This document shows, piece by piece, positions 42,254 to 50,754 of a stretch of 64,000 nt of DNA. Each line of letters opens with the position of its first letter. Position 1 is the stretch's first letter. The stretch lies in contig CAWGTN010000002.1 in assembly GCA_963825525.1 (NCBI GenBank), positions 160,001 to 224,000 of the forward strand, read 5' to 3'. This DNA is from an uncultured Chloroflexia bacterium. GTDB lineage: Bacteria; Chloroflexota; Limnocylindria; QHBO01. Both the position numbers and the translations under genes were made by a program. Below the pieces are notes generated by a model. That model was given only the letters and a program-made list of their open reading frames with translations, was not told the DNA's origin and did no database searches.

Positions 42254-43189
42254 GTGGCGCGCACGGCACCCATCGACGACGGATCCGCGATGGACGCGGC
42301 GCGCTCGACGGAGCCCGACGCGGTGAGCGAGCACGTCCTCATCATCAGCGGCCTGTCGGGAGCGGGAAAGAGCCAGGCGAGCAAGCTGTTCGAGGACCTG
42401 GGGTACTCGTGCATCGACAACCTGCCCCCGGCCCTGCTGGACCACTACCTCGCCCTGCGGCGCACCGAGCCGGATCGGTATCGACGGTCCGCCCTCGTCC
42501 TCGACATTCGCGCCGGCGACCCTGCGCCGGCCATAGAGCGGGCCTCGGCCGCATTGGCCGCCGAGGGGACCGCCCTCGAGCTGATCTATCTCGAGGCCAG
42601 TGACGCGAGCCTGGTGAGCCGGTTCAGCGAGACCCGCCACCGCCACCCTCTCCAGGCGACCCGAAGCGGGGTCCAGGCCAGCATCGCCGAGGAGCGCCGG
42701 CTCCTGGCGCGGACCCGCGACATGGCGAATCACGTGATCGATACCAGTGGCCTCTCGATCGGGCAGCTGAAGGATCGGCTGTTCGCCGTCATTCCTCGTG
42801 CGTCGTCCGACGATCGCCTGCGCATCGACATCGTCACCTTCGGGTTCAAGTACGGCATTCCGCTGGAGGCGGACCTCGTGTTCGACGTGAGGTTCCTCAC
42901 CAACCCGTACTGGGATCCCGATCTCAAGCCACTCTCCGGGCTCGAGGAGCCGGTCCGCGACTTCGTTCTGAGTCAGCCCGCCGCCGTGCGCTTCCTGGAG
43001 CTCGTCACCGAGCTGCTGGAGCTCACCGTTCCGGCATACCGTGCCGAGGGCAAGGAGCAGCTGCGCGTAGCGCTCGGCTGCACGGGTGGCTATCACCGGT
43101 CGATCGCGCTGGCGGAGGCCCTCGCCGGCCGCCTGGAAGCCATCTCGAACGCGTCGGTCGGCATCTTCCACCGGGAGCTTGAGCGATGA
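42254..43189 (+). CDS. rapZ: RNase adapter RapZ/YvcJ
   Basis: SGLSGAGKS, DNLP, FGFKYG, DVRFL.NP, GCTGGYHRS. Confidence 0.94.
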   Translation: MARTAPIDDGSAMDAARSTEPDAVSEHVLIISGLSGAGKSQASKLFEDLGYSCIDNLPPALLDHYLALRRTEPDRYRRSALVLDIRAGDPAPAIERASAALAAEGTALELIYLEASDASLVSRFSETRHRHPLQATRSGVQASIAEERRLLARTRDMANHVIDTSGLSIGQLKDRLFAVIPRASSDDRLRIDIVTFGFKYGIPLEADLVFDVRFLTNPYWDPDLKPLSGLEEPVRDFVLSQPAAVRFLELVTELLELTVPAYRAEGKEQLRVALGCTGGYHRSIALAEALAGRLEAISNASVGIFHRELER

Positions 43190-44508
43190 AGGGGCCGCGC
43201 CTTCCCCGCTGGATGTACCCCGGGATGCATCTGAAGCGCTGGCTCGTCCTGCTCCTGTCCGGGATCGCGATCCTGGGTCTCGGCGCCGCGATCTTCATCC
43301 GCGACCTCTACCGTCAGACGGCGGCCGACGAGATCGCCATCGTCTACTGGCTCACCGGCGCCTGGCTGGAGCCAGAGGTGCGTGCCGCGGTGGTGGCCGT
43401 GCTGGGCCTTGGACTGACCGGGATCGGCATGTGGGGCCTCATGCGCTCCGTGGTCTCGCCGTTCGTGGCGCGCGGCGACAGCGTCATGGAGGTCCTCTAC
43501 ACGAAGCGCTACCTGGCACGAGGACCGAGGATCGTCGCGCTCGGCGGCGGCACCGGTCTGTCGACCCTGCTCCGCGGCCTGAAGGGCTACAGCGCGAATA
43601 TCACGGCCGTGGTGGCCGTGGCCGACGACGGTGGCAGCTCGGGACGCCTTCGGCAGCAGCTCGGGATCGTCCCGCCGGGCGACATTCGCAACTGCATCGC
43701 CGCCCTGGCCGATGCGGAACCACTCATGACCCAGCTGATGCAGTACCGCTTCCCGCAGGGCTCGGGCCTTGACGACCATGCCTTCGGCAACCTCTTCATT
43801 GCCGCCATGACCGCGGTCACCGGCGACTTCGAGGAGGCGGTTCGCGAGTCCAACCGGGTGCTGGCGGTACGCGGCCAGGTGCTGCCGGCGACCAGCGTGC
43901 CGCTCAACCTGTCGGCGCAGCTCGTCTCCGGCAAGCACCTCTACGGGCAAGCCGGAATGACGCAGGCCGACGAGCCGATCGAACGGGTCTTCATCGAGCC
44001 CGATGACGTGCGGGCCAACCCCGAGGCGCTCGAGCGCATCCTGGAGGCGGACATGATCGTCATCGGCCCGGGCAGCCTGTTCAGCAGCGTGCTGCCGAAC
44101 CTGCTGATTCGCGACGTGCGGGACGCGCTGGCCGCCGCCCCCGGCGTCAAGGTCTACGTGTGCAACGTGGCGACACAGGCCGGCGAGACGGCCAACCTCA
44201 CCGCAAGCCAGCACCTCAACATGCTGTTCGCCCACGTCGGTGACGACCTCATCGACTATGTGATCCTCAATCGGAATCGCGACGCGAGGCCCCCCGCGGG
44301 TTGGCGGGCACAGCCGGTGGAGATCGACGTCGCGAAGCTCGAGGAGCTGCCGGTGGTGATCGTGGAGGAGGACGTGATCGACCCGCACAACGCCCACCGT
44401 CACGATCCGGCCAAGCTCGCGGCGGCGATCATGCGTCTGCAGCAGGAGGACGGGATGGAGCGGCTCCGCCAGCGCCGCGTGCGACGACCAACCGCCCACG
44501 CGTCCTGA
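43186..44508 (+). CDS. yvcK: YvcK/GlmR (CofD-like) with N-terminal membrane segments
   Basis: GGGTGL, DDGGSSG, PPGDIRN, GPGSLFSS. Confidence 0.92.
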   Translation: MKGPRLPRWMYPGMHLKRWLVLLLSGIAILGLGAAIFIRDLYRQTAADEIAIVYWLTGAWLEPEVRAAVVAVLGLGLTGIGMWGLMRSVVSPFVARGDSVMEVLYTKRYLARGPRIVALGGGTGLSTLLRGLKGYSANITAVVAVADDGGSSGRLRQQLGIVPPGDIRNCIAALADAEPLMTQLMQYRFPQGSGLDDHAFGNLFIAAMTAVTGDFEEAVRESNRVLAVRGQVLPATSVPLNLSAQLVSGKHLYGQAGMTQADEPIERVFIEPDDVRANPEALERILEADMIVIGPGSLFSSVLPNLLIRDVRDALAAAPGVKVYVCNVATQAGETANLTASQHLNMLFAHVGDDLIDYVILNRNRDARPPAGWRAQPVEIDVAKLEELPVVIVEEDVIDPHNAHRHDPAKLAAAIMRLQQEDGMERLRQRRVRRPTAHAS

Positions 44509-44516
44509 GCACCGCC

Positions 44517-45371
44517 GTGCTGCTCGCCGGCGAGGTGAAGGGGGAGCTTGCCCGCATCCAGCCGGCTCGGGCGTGCTGCCGCCGTGCCGAGCTGCTGGGG
44601 CTCATGCATGGAACCGCCGCGGGCCAGCTGCGCACCATGGATCACGCGACCGCCCGGACCGCGGTGCTGCTCGCGGCGTCGCTCGGCGTGCCGGTCACCA
44701 CGCCGCGCACGATCATCACCCACGGTCGGGCGCGGGCTCGCGGCGCTCGACACCACCTGGTGGTGGATGCCGACCTCGAGGGCGTCGGATCGTGGGCGTG
44801 GCAGGATGCCCCGGCATGCGACCGCCGATCCTTCCTCCGCGGCGCGCTCCTCGGATCGGGTTCGATCTCCTTCGGACCGTCAGGTCCGCACGTGGAATTC
44901 GTCCATCGGACGGAGGAGGCCGCCACGGATCTCGCCGGTCTGCTCAGCGAGCTCGGCGTGCGCGCCCTGGGCTCCGAGCGCCGCGGGCACCACGTGGTCT
45001 ACCTCAAGGGACAGGACGAGATTGCACTCCTGTTCGGCCTGGTGGGAGCGAATCGCGGGGTTCTCGAGCTCGAGACGCAGCGCGTCGGCCGTGATGTCCG
45101 GGCACGTCTCAACCGCCTCATCAACGCCGAGCAGGCCAACCTGGGTCGGACGGTCCGCGCCGCCGATCGACAGCTGGCGGCCATCGACCGGCTGGAGGCG
45201 GATGGGTCGCTGGCACGAGCCGCGCCGGCATTGCGGGACGCCGCCGCGCAACGTCGCCGCATGCCCGATGCCGATCTCGATAGTCTGGCGGAGGCCCTCG
45301 GCGTCAGCCGATCGGCCATGAACCATCGGCTCCGCCGCCTGGTGGAGCTTGCCGCGGACAAGGAGGATTGA
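44517..45371 (+). CDS. whiA: DNA-binding protein WhiA
   Basis: CCRRAEL, RSFLRGALLGSGS, NRLINAEQANL, SRSAMNHRLRRL. Confidence 0.9.
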   Translation: MLLAGEVKGELARIQPARACCRRAELLGLMHGTAAGQLRTMDHATARTAVLLAASLGVPVTTPRTIITHGRARARGARHHLVVDADLEGVGSWAWQDAPACDRRSFLRGALLGSGSISFGPSGPHVEFVHRTEEAATDLAGLLSELGVRALGSERRGHHVVYLKGQDEIALLFGLVGANRGVLELETQRVGRDVRARLNRLINAEQANLGRTVRAADRQLAAIDRLEADGSLARAAPALRDAAAQRRRMPDADLDSLAEALGVSRSAMNHRLRRLVELAADKED

Positions 45372-46129
45372 TGCGCAGACCGGTCGTTGCGGGCAATTGG
45401 AAGATGAATCCGGCCACGTCCGCCGAAGCGCTCGCGCTGGCCCGGGCGGTCGCCTCGGACGCGCCGCCGGCCTCGGACGTCACGACGGTCGTGTGCCCGC
45501 CGACGATCTGGTTGACCGCGGTGCGCGAGGCACTCGACGGAAGCCGGGTGGCCCTCGGAGCCCAGACCATGCACTTCGCCGAGCGCGGCGCCTACACCGG
45601 TGAGACGAGCCCGCTCATGCTGGCCGGCGCCGCCGAGTTCGTCATCATCGGGCACTCGGAGCGGCGCCAGTACGACGGCGAGACCGACGAGAGCGTCGGT
45701 CGCAAGGTCGCCAGTGCCGTGGCGCACGGCCTGCGGCCCATCGCCGCGGTCGGGGAGCGGCTCACCGAGCGCGAGGCGGGCCGGACGGCGGACGTCATCG
45801 ATCGCCAGGTGCGGGCCGCGCTGGGTGAGCTGTCCGAGCTGGCGGGGACCGGGCTGGTCATCGCCTACGAGCCGGTCTGGGCCATCGGCACCGGGAAGGC
45901 AGCGACCGCCGCCGATGCCCAGGACGTGTGCTCCCAGATCCGGGCAATCCTTGGCGAACTCGACCCGAACGCGGCCGAGGAGACGCCGATCCAGTACGGG
46001 GGCAGCGTGACGGCCGACAACGCCGCGGAGCTCTTCGCGCAGGAGGACATCGACGGCGCACTGGTGGGTGGCGCCTCCCTCAAGCCGGACGATTTCGCCG
46101 CCATCCTTCGGGCGGCCGCGGACGCGTGA
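45371..46129 (+). CDS. tpiA: Triosephosphate isomerase
   Basis: AGNWKMN, GHSERR, AYEPVWAIGTG, YGGSV, LVGGASL. Confidence 0.96.
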   Translation: MRRPVVAGNWKMNPATSAEALALARAVASDAPPASDVTTVVCPPTIWLTAVREALDGSRVALGAQTMHFAERGAYTGETSPLMLAGAAEFVIIGHSERRQYDGETDESVGRKVASAVAHGLRPIAAVGERLTEREAGRTADVIDRQVRAALGELSELAGTGLVIAYEPVWAIGTGKAATAADAQDVCSQIRAILGELDPNAAEETPIQYGGSVTADNAAELFAQEDIDGALVGGASLKPDDFAAILRAAADA

Positions 46130-47665
46130 CCGTCGTCCTCGTCGTCCTCGACGGTTTCGGCATCGGTACCGATCCGGCGCGCAACGCCCTGATGTCGGCC
46201 CGCATGCCCGTCTGGGATGGGTTCGTGCGAGCGTGGCCGGCCGCGCGGCTCGACGCATCCGGCGAGGCCGTCGGCCTGCCCGCCGGGCAGATGGGCAACA
46301 GCGAGGTCGGGCACCTGAACCTGGGGGCCGGGTTCCCGGTGCTCCAGGACCTGCCGCGGATCAACCGCGCCATCGCGGACGGCTCCTTCGCCACCATGCC
46401 GGCCCTGGTGGAGGCCTGCCGCGGCGCGCTCGAGCGCGGGACGGCGGTCCATCTGCTGGGGCTCATCGGGCCCGGGTGGCATCCACGCCATCGACGATCA
46501 CATCGTGGCGATGGTCGAGCTTGCCGCGGCCGAGGGGCTGCCGCCGGACCGCGTCCTGCTCCATGCCTTCACCGACGGGCGAGACACGCCTCCGCGCTCG
46601 GCCGATGAGTTCCTGCCGTCGCTGCTCGCACGCATCGCCGGGCGTGCCACGCTGGCCACGCTGTCCGGGCGCTACTACGCCATGGACCGCGATGCGCGCT
46701 GGGATCGGACCAGGCTGGCGTACGACGCGATCGTCCACGGGGCGGGGGAGCGGGCTGCTGACGGGGTCGCTGCCATCCGCGCGGCGTATGCACGTGACGA
46801 GAGCGACGAATTCATCCGGCCGACCGTCATCGGCGGCTTCACGGGTGTGCGCCCCGGCGATGCCGTGATCCATCTCAACTTTCGGGCCGATCGGGCCCGT
46901 CAGCTGACGCGAGCCCTGGCGGTTCCTGCATTCGATGCCTTCGACCGCGGCGATGTGCCCGCGGACCTCTCGGTGACCACGCTGACCGAGTACCAGGCGG
47001 CGAGCGAGCTTCCGGTGTCCGTGGCCTTCGGACCGCTGGAGCTGGACTCCCTTGCGGCCCACCTGGCCCGGCTCGGAAGGCGACAGCTCCACGTGGCGGA
47101 AACCGAGAAGTACGCCCACGTCACGTATTTCTTCAACGGGGGCGTCGAGACGCCGTTTCCCGGGGAGGAACGGGTGCTGGTTCCTTCCAACCGCGAGGTG
47201 GCGACCTACGACCTGGCCCCCGAGATGGGCGCCGCGGCCGTGACCGATGCGGTCGTGGCCGGCATCGGCGGGGGCGCCTTCGCCTTCATCGTCGCCAACT
47301 ACGCGAACCCGGACATGGTCGGCCACACAGGGGTCTGGGATGCGGCGGTGCAGGCGGCGGAGGTGATCGATGCCTGCCTGGGCCGACTCCAGGTTGCGGC
47401 GCAGCAGGTGGGCGCGGTCCTCGTCGTCACCGCCGACCACGGCAACATCGAGGAGATGCGCGATGCCGATGGTGCGCCGCAGACCAAGCACACCACCTCG
47501 CCGGTGCCCATCGTCGTGGTGGGGGACGCCGTTCGTGGCCGTTCCCTGCACGACGGCGCGCTGTCCGACGTGGCGCCGACCCTGTGCGAGCTCATGGGGA
47601 TTCCGGTCGGCCCCGAGATGACCGGGCGCTCGCTCCTGGATCCTGTGGCGGCCGCCGCCGACTGA
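46126..47665 (+). CDS. gpmI: 2,3-bisphosphoglycerate-independent phosphoglycerate mutase (frameshift near 46480)
   Basis: LDGFG, GQMGNSEVGH, GRYYAMDRD, AETEKYAHVTYFFNGG, DMVGHTG, TADHGN. Confidence 0.95.
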
Positions 47666-47696
47666 GCGCGGATCCTCTGCTAGACTTCGACCCGCA

Positions 47697-47918
47697 ATGC
47701 AGACCCCCCTTCTTCTCGCCCAGATGATCCTGGCCGTCGCGCTCATCGCGTCGATCCTGCTGCAGCAGCGCGGGACCGGCCTCGGTGGCGCGTTCGGTGG
47801 CGAGGTCACCGCCTACCGCAGCCGTCGCGGCATCGAGCAGACGCTCTTCCGCCTGACGATCGTGCTCGCGGTGCTGTTCGTGGCCTTCAGCCTGCTCAAC
47901 CTGCTGCCGCAGAACTGA
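47697..47918 (+). CDS. secG: Preprotein translocase subunit SecG
   Basis: ILLQQRGTGLGGAFGG..RRGIEQTLFRLT, two TM helices. Confidence 0.92.
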   Translation: MQTPLLLAQMILAVALIASILLQQRGTGLGGAFGGEVTAYRSRRGIEQTLFRLTIVLAVLFVAFSLLNLLPQN

Positions 47919-47976
47919 CCAGGGGGCCGTGCTATCATCGGCCCTCGCAAACGGAGAACGCTCCGAATGCGGCCGT

Positions 47977-48063
47977 GCCGAGGTGGCGGAATAGGCAGAC
48001 GCGCTAGGTTCAGGACCTAGTGACCGCAAGGTCGTGTGGGTTCAAGTCCCTCCCTCGGTACCA
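47977..48063 (+). tRNA. tRNA-Leu(CAG)
   Basis: Anticodon arm CTAGG-TTCAGGA-CCTAG, variable arm, CCA end. Confidence 0.95.
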
Positions 48064-48073
48064 CTCCTCTCGG

Positions 48074-48158
48074 GCCCAGGTGGCGGAATTGGTATACGCG
48101 TACGTTTGAGGGGCGTATGAGGCAACTCATCCGGGTTCAAGTCCCGGCCTGGGCACCA
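48074..48158 (+). tRNA. tRNA-Leu(GAG)
   Basis: Anticodon arm TACGT-TTGAGGG-GCGTA, CCA end. Confidence 0.95.
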
Positions 48159-48179
48159 ATTCCAACTTCCAAGCCGATG

Positions 48180-48208
48180 CGCCGCTCGCCACCCGCGAGC
48201 GGCGTTCT
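48180..48208 (+). terminator. Hairpin after the tRNA-Leu pair (possible terminator)
   Basis: CGCCGCTCGC-CACCC-GCGAGCGGCG followed by TTCT; U-tract weak. Confidence 0.5.
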
Positions 48209-48303
48209 GCGTCTGTGGCCCTGGTTCACGCCAAGCCCGGTTCTCGGTGTGCATCCCGGGACTCCCTCGATAGATGAGTGAACTCTTCACGTCAGGGCCG
48301 TCT

Positions 48304-48441
48304 GGGGTGCAGTTCCCGCGATAGATCGCGGGCCATCCTGCGTGAACGGCCCGCGCGCGCGCCCTCGTGCGCACGGGCACTCGATCTATCGCAGGAATGC
48401 AGCCCCTGGGGCGCGTCAGGTGCAAATCCCGCGATCAATCG
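48304..48441. repeat. Three ~23-25 bp REP-like units in alternating orientation
   Basis: GGGGTGCAGTTCCCGCGATAGATCG (48304-48328), inverted CGATCTATCGCAGGAATGCAGCCCC (48382-48406), GGTGCAAATCCCGCGATCAATCG (48419-48441). Confidence 0.7.
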
Positions 48442-48505
48442 AGAAACCACGGGCGACGCCCAGCCCCTCGGCTCGGGGCACGACGTCGGCTAGGATTGGC
48501 GTCGC

Positions 48506-48582
48506 GGGCGGTTAGCTCAGCTGGTCAGAGCGCCTCGTTTACACCGAGGAAGTCGGGGGTTCGAGTCCCTCACCGCCCACCA
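48506..48582 (+). tRNA. tRNA-Val(TAC)
   Basis: CCTCG-TTTACAC-CGAGG, CCA end. Confidence 0.96.
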
Positions 48583-48651
48583 ATCGACCGGCGGCTCCGC
48601 CGGCGCTGGTAGCATCCAACCGTCAACACCCGAGCGAGGAGCACACAGCGC

Positions 48652-49230
48652 ATGCCACTCTGGGGATGGATCGTCATCGCGGCCATCGCGATCATCGTCC
48701 TCTTCCTGATCTTCACCTACAACGGTCTGGTCAGGTTGCGGAACATGGTCGACGAGGCATGGAACCAGATCAGCGTGCAGCTGAAGCGGCGGCACGACCT
48801 GATCCCGAATCTCGTGAACGCCGTCAAGGGTTACATGGACTTCGAGCAGGAGACCCTGACGAAGGTCATCGAGGCCCGATCGGCAGCGGTCAGCGCGCAG
48901 GCCGGCGGTCCGGCCAACGCCGGGCAGGCGGCACAGGCCGAGAACTTCCTGACCGGCGCCCTGCGCCAGCTGTTCGCCCTGGTCGAGAACTACCCCGACC
49001 TCAAGGCCAACGAGAATGTCATGCAGCTCCAGGAGGAGCTGACGACGACCGAGAACCAGATCGGGTTCAGCCGGCAGCACTACAACAGCACGGTCCGCGA
49101 GTTCAACACCACGATCCAGGTCTTCCCGAATGTCCTGATCGCGGGCCTGCTCGGGTTCCGCGAGCGAGACTACTTCCAGATCGCCGAATCGGACGCCGCG
49201 GTGCCCGAGGTGAATCTGCGGTCGGCCTAG
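48652..49230 (+). CDS. lemA: LemA family protein
   Basis: YNGLV, QLKRRHDLIPNLV, ENYPDLKAN, FPNVLIA. Confidence 0.95.
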   Translation: MPLWGWIVIAAIAIIVLFLIFTYNGLVRLRNMVDEAWNQISVQLKRRHDLIPNLVNAVKGYMDFEQETLTKVIEARSAAVSAQAGGPANAGQAAQAENFLTGALRQLFALVENYPDLKANENVMQLQEELTTTENQIGFSRQHYNSTVREFNTTIQVFPNVLIAGLLGFRERDYFQIAESDAAVPEVNLRSA

Positions 49231-49234
49231 CCCG

Positions 49235-50221
49235 ATGACGGTGGACGCGCGACCGACGCGCACCACGTTCTACCGGGAGATCGATCGCAACCGGCGCCGG
49301 AGCTGGGTGCTCGTCGTTGTCGTGGCCGTGGTTCTTGCCGCGCTGGGCGCGGCCATCGGGCAGGCGTCCGGCTTCGGATGGGGAGGGGTGGTCATCGCGC
49401 TCGTCCTCGCGACCGCGATGAGCATCGGCACGTACTTCGCCGGCGATGCGCTGGTGATGGCGACGAGCAGCGCGCACGAGATCGACCGCGGCAACCCGCC
49501 CGATCAGTATCGGCAGCTCACGAACGTGGTCGAGGAGATGCGCCTGGCCGGCGGGCTGCCACCGCCGCGGATCTGGGTCATCGACGACTCGGCGCCGAAT
49601 GCGTTCGCCACCGGACGCGATCCGAAGCACGCGAGCGTGGCGGTGACGACCGGGCTGCTCGACAAGCTGGACCGCGAAGAGCTCCAGGGCGTCATCGGCC
49701 ACGAGATGAGCCATATCGGCAACCTCGACATCCGATTCACGCTGCTGGTCGGTGTCCTGGTCGGGAGCATCGCGCTGTTGGCCGATTTCTTCCTGCGCTT
49801 CACGTTCTGGGGCGGAGGCCGCCGCAGCAACAACGATCGTGGGGGCGGGGGCGGGGGAGCGGCAGCCATCTTCTTCGTCCTGGCCCTTGTCCTGGCGATC
49901 GTTGCGCCGTTGATCGGGCGCCTGGTGCAGGCGGCGGTGAGCCGCAGCCGCGAATCGCTGGCCGATGCAACCGCCGTGGAATTCACGCGCAACCCGGTCG
50001 GGCTCGCTCGTGCGCTGCGCGCCATCAGTGACGACCCCGAGGTGCTCGAGGTCGCGAACCGCGCCACCCAGCATCTCTACATCGTGAACCCGATCAAGAG
50101 CTTCGAGGAACGCTCGAAGTCCCTGTGGGACACGCATCCTCCGATCGGGGAGCGGATCCGCGCACTGGAGGCGATCGGCGGCAGCATGGGGTCCACGCCG
50201 ACGAGTCCCACGCCGCGCTGA
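49235..50221 (+). CDS. htpX: HtpX-like M48 zinc metalloprotease
   Basis: PNAFATG, HEMSH, SRSRESLAD, THPP; follows lemA. Confidence 0.93.
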   Translation: MTVDARPTRTTFYREIDRNRRRSWVLVVVVAVVLAALGAAIGQASGFGWGGVVIALVLATAMSIGTYFAGDALVMATSSAHEIDRGNPPDQYRQLTNVVEEMRLAGGLPPPRIWVIDDSAPNAFATGRDPKHASVAVTTGLLDKLDREELQGVIGHEMSHIGNLDIRFTLLVGVLVGSIALLADFFLRFTFWGGGRRSNNDRGGGGGGAAAIFFVLALVLAIVAPLIGRLVQAAVSRSRESLADATAVEFTRNPVGLARALRAISDDPEVLEVANRATQHLYIVNPIKSFEERSKSLWDTHPPIGERIRALEAIGGSMGSTPTSPTPR

Positions 50222-50334
50222 CGATTCGGGCACGTGCGCGGCGCCGAGTTGCGGCGGTTCGGCCCCGTCGGTATCCTTCGCTCCGCCTGATGCGACAGCG
50301 CACGGGAAGCTGAGGAGGCCTCAGCGACATCGGC

Positions 50335-50410
50335 GCCGAGGTAGCTCAGTTGGTAGAGCACCGCCCTGAAGAGGCGGGTGTCGTCAGTTCGAATCTGACC
50401 CTCGGCACCA
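50335..50410 (+). tRNA. tRNA-Phe(GAA)
   Basis: CCGCC-CTGAAGA-GGCGG, CCA end. Confidence 0.96.
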
Positions 50411-50437
50411 CCGCGCGGTATCATCGGGTACAAGCGG

Positions 50438-50513
50438 GCGGAAGTGGCTCAGTTGGTAGAGCATCACCTTGCCAAGGTGAGGGTCGCGGGTTCGAGTCCC
50501 GTCTTCCGCTCCA
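50438..50513 (+). tRNA. tRNA-Gly(GCC)
   Basis: Anticodon loop TTGCCAA, CCA end. Confidence 0.96.
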
Positions 50514-50570
50514 TTTTCATGTCCGGCTGGTTGCGATCGCGGCTGACCTGCTAGCGTGATGACGAGGCGT

Positions 50571-50644
50571 TGCCCCGTCGTCTAGTGGTAGGACAGCGGA
50601 CTTTGGATCCGTGAACCGAGGTTCGAATCCTCGCGGGGCAGCCA
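50571..50644 (+). tRNA. tRNA-Gln(TTG)
   Basis: GCGGA-CTTTGGA-TCCGT, CCA end. Confidence 0.95.
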
Positions 50645-50656
50645 GCCAGATTCGGT

Positions 50657-50731
50657 GGCGACGTGCCCGAGTGGTTCAGGGAGCGGTCTGCAAAACCGCG
50701 TACACGGGTTCGATTCCCGTCGTCGCCTCCA
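50657..50731 (+). tRNA. tRNA-Cys(GCA)
   Basis: GCGGT-CTGCAAA-ACCGC, CCA end. Confidence 0.95.
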
Positions 50732-50754
50732 CATTCTCCGGCAAGAGCAGCCGT

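Noticed and set aside
40617-42326. Apparent TatC-deacetylase fusion ORF
   Set aside because: Frameshift artefact. tatC ends at 41259 with a GTGA overlap to the deacetylase start.
6446-47665. Frameshifts in polA, mutM, uvrB, uvrA, tatC, gpmI and others as pseudogenes or programmed frameshifting
   Set aside because: Single-base indels are spread over many essential genes with otherwise intact motifs and no consistent slippery sites. Uncorrected long-read error is the simpler explanation.
48304-48441. CRISPR array interpretation of the spacer repeats
   Set aside because: Units alternate in orientation, are degenerate and unevenly spaced, and there are no cas genes in the window.
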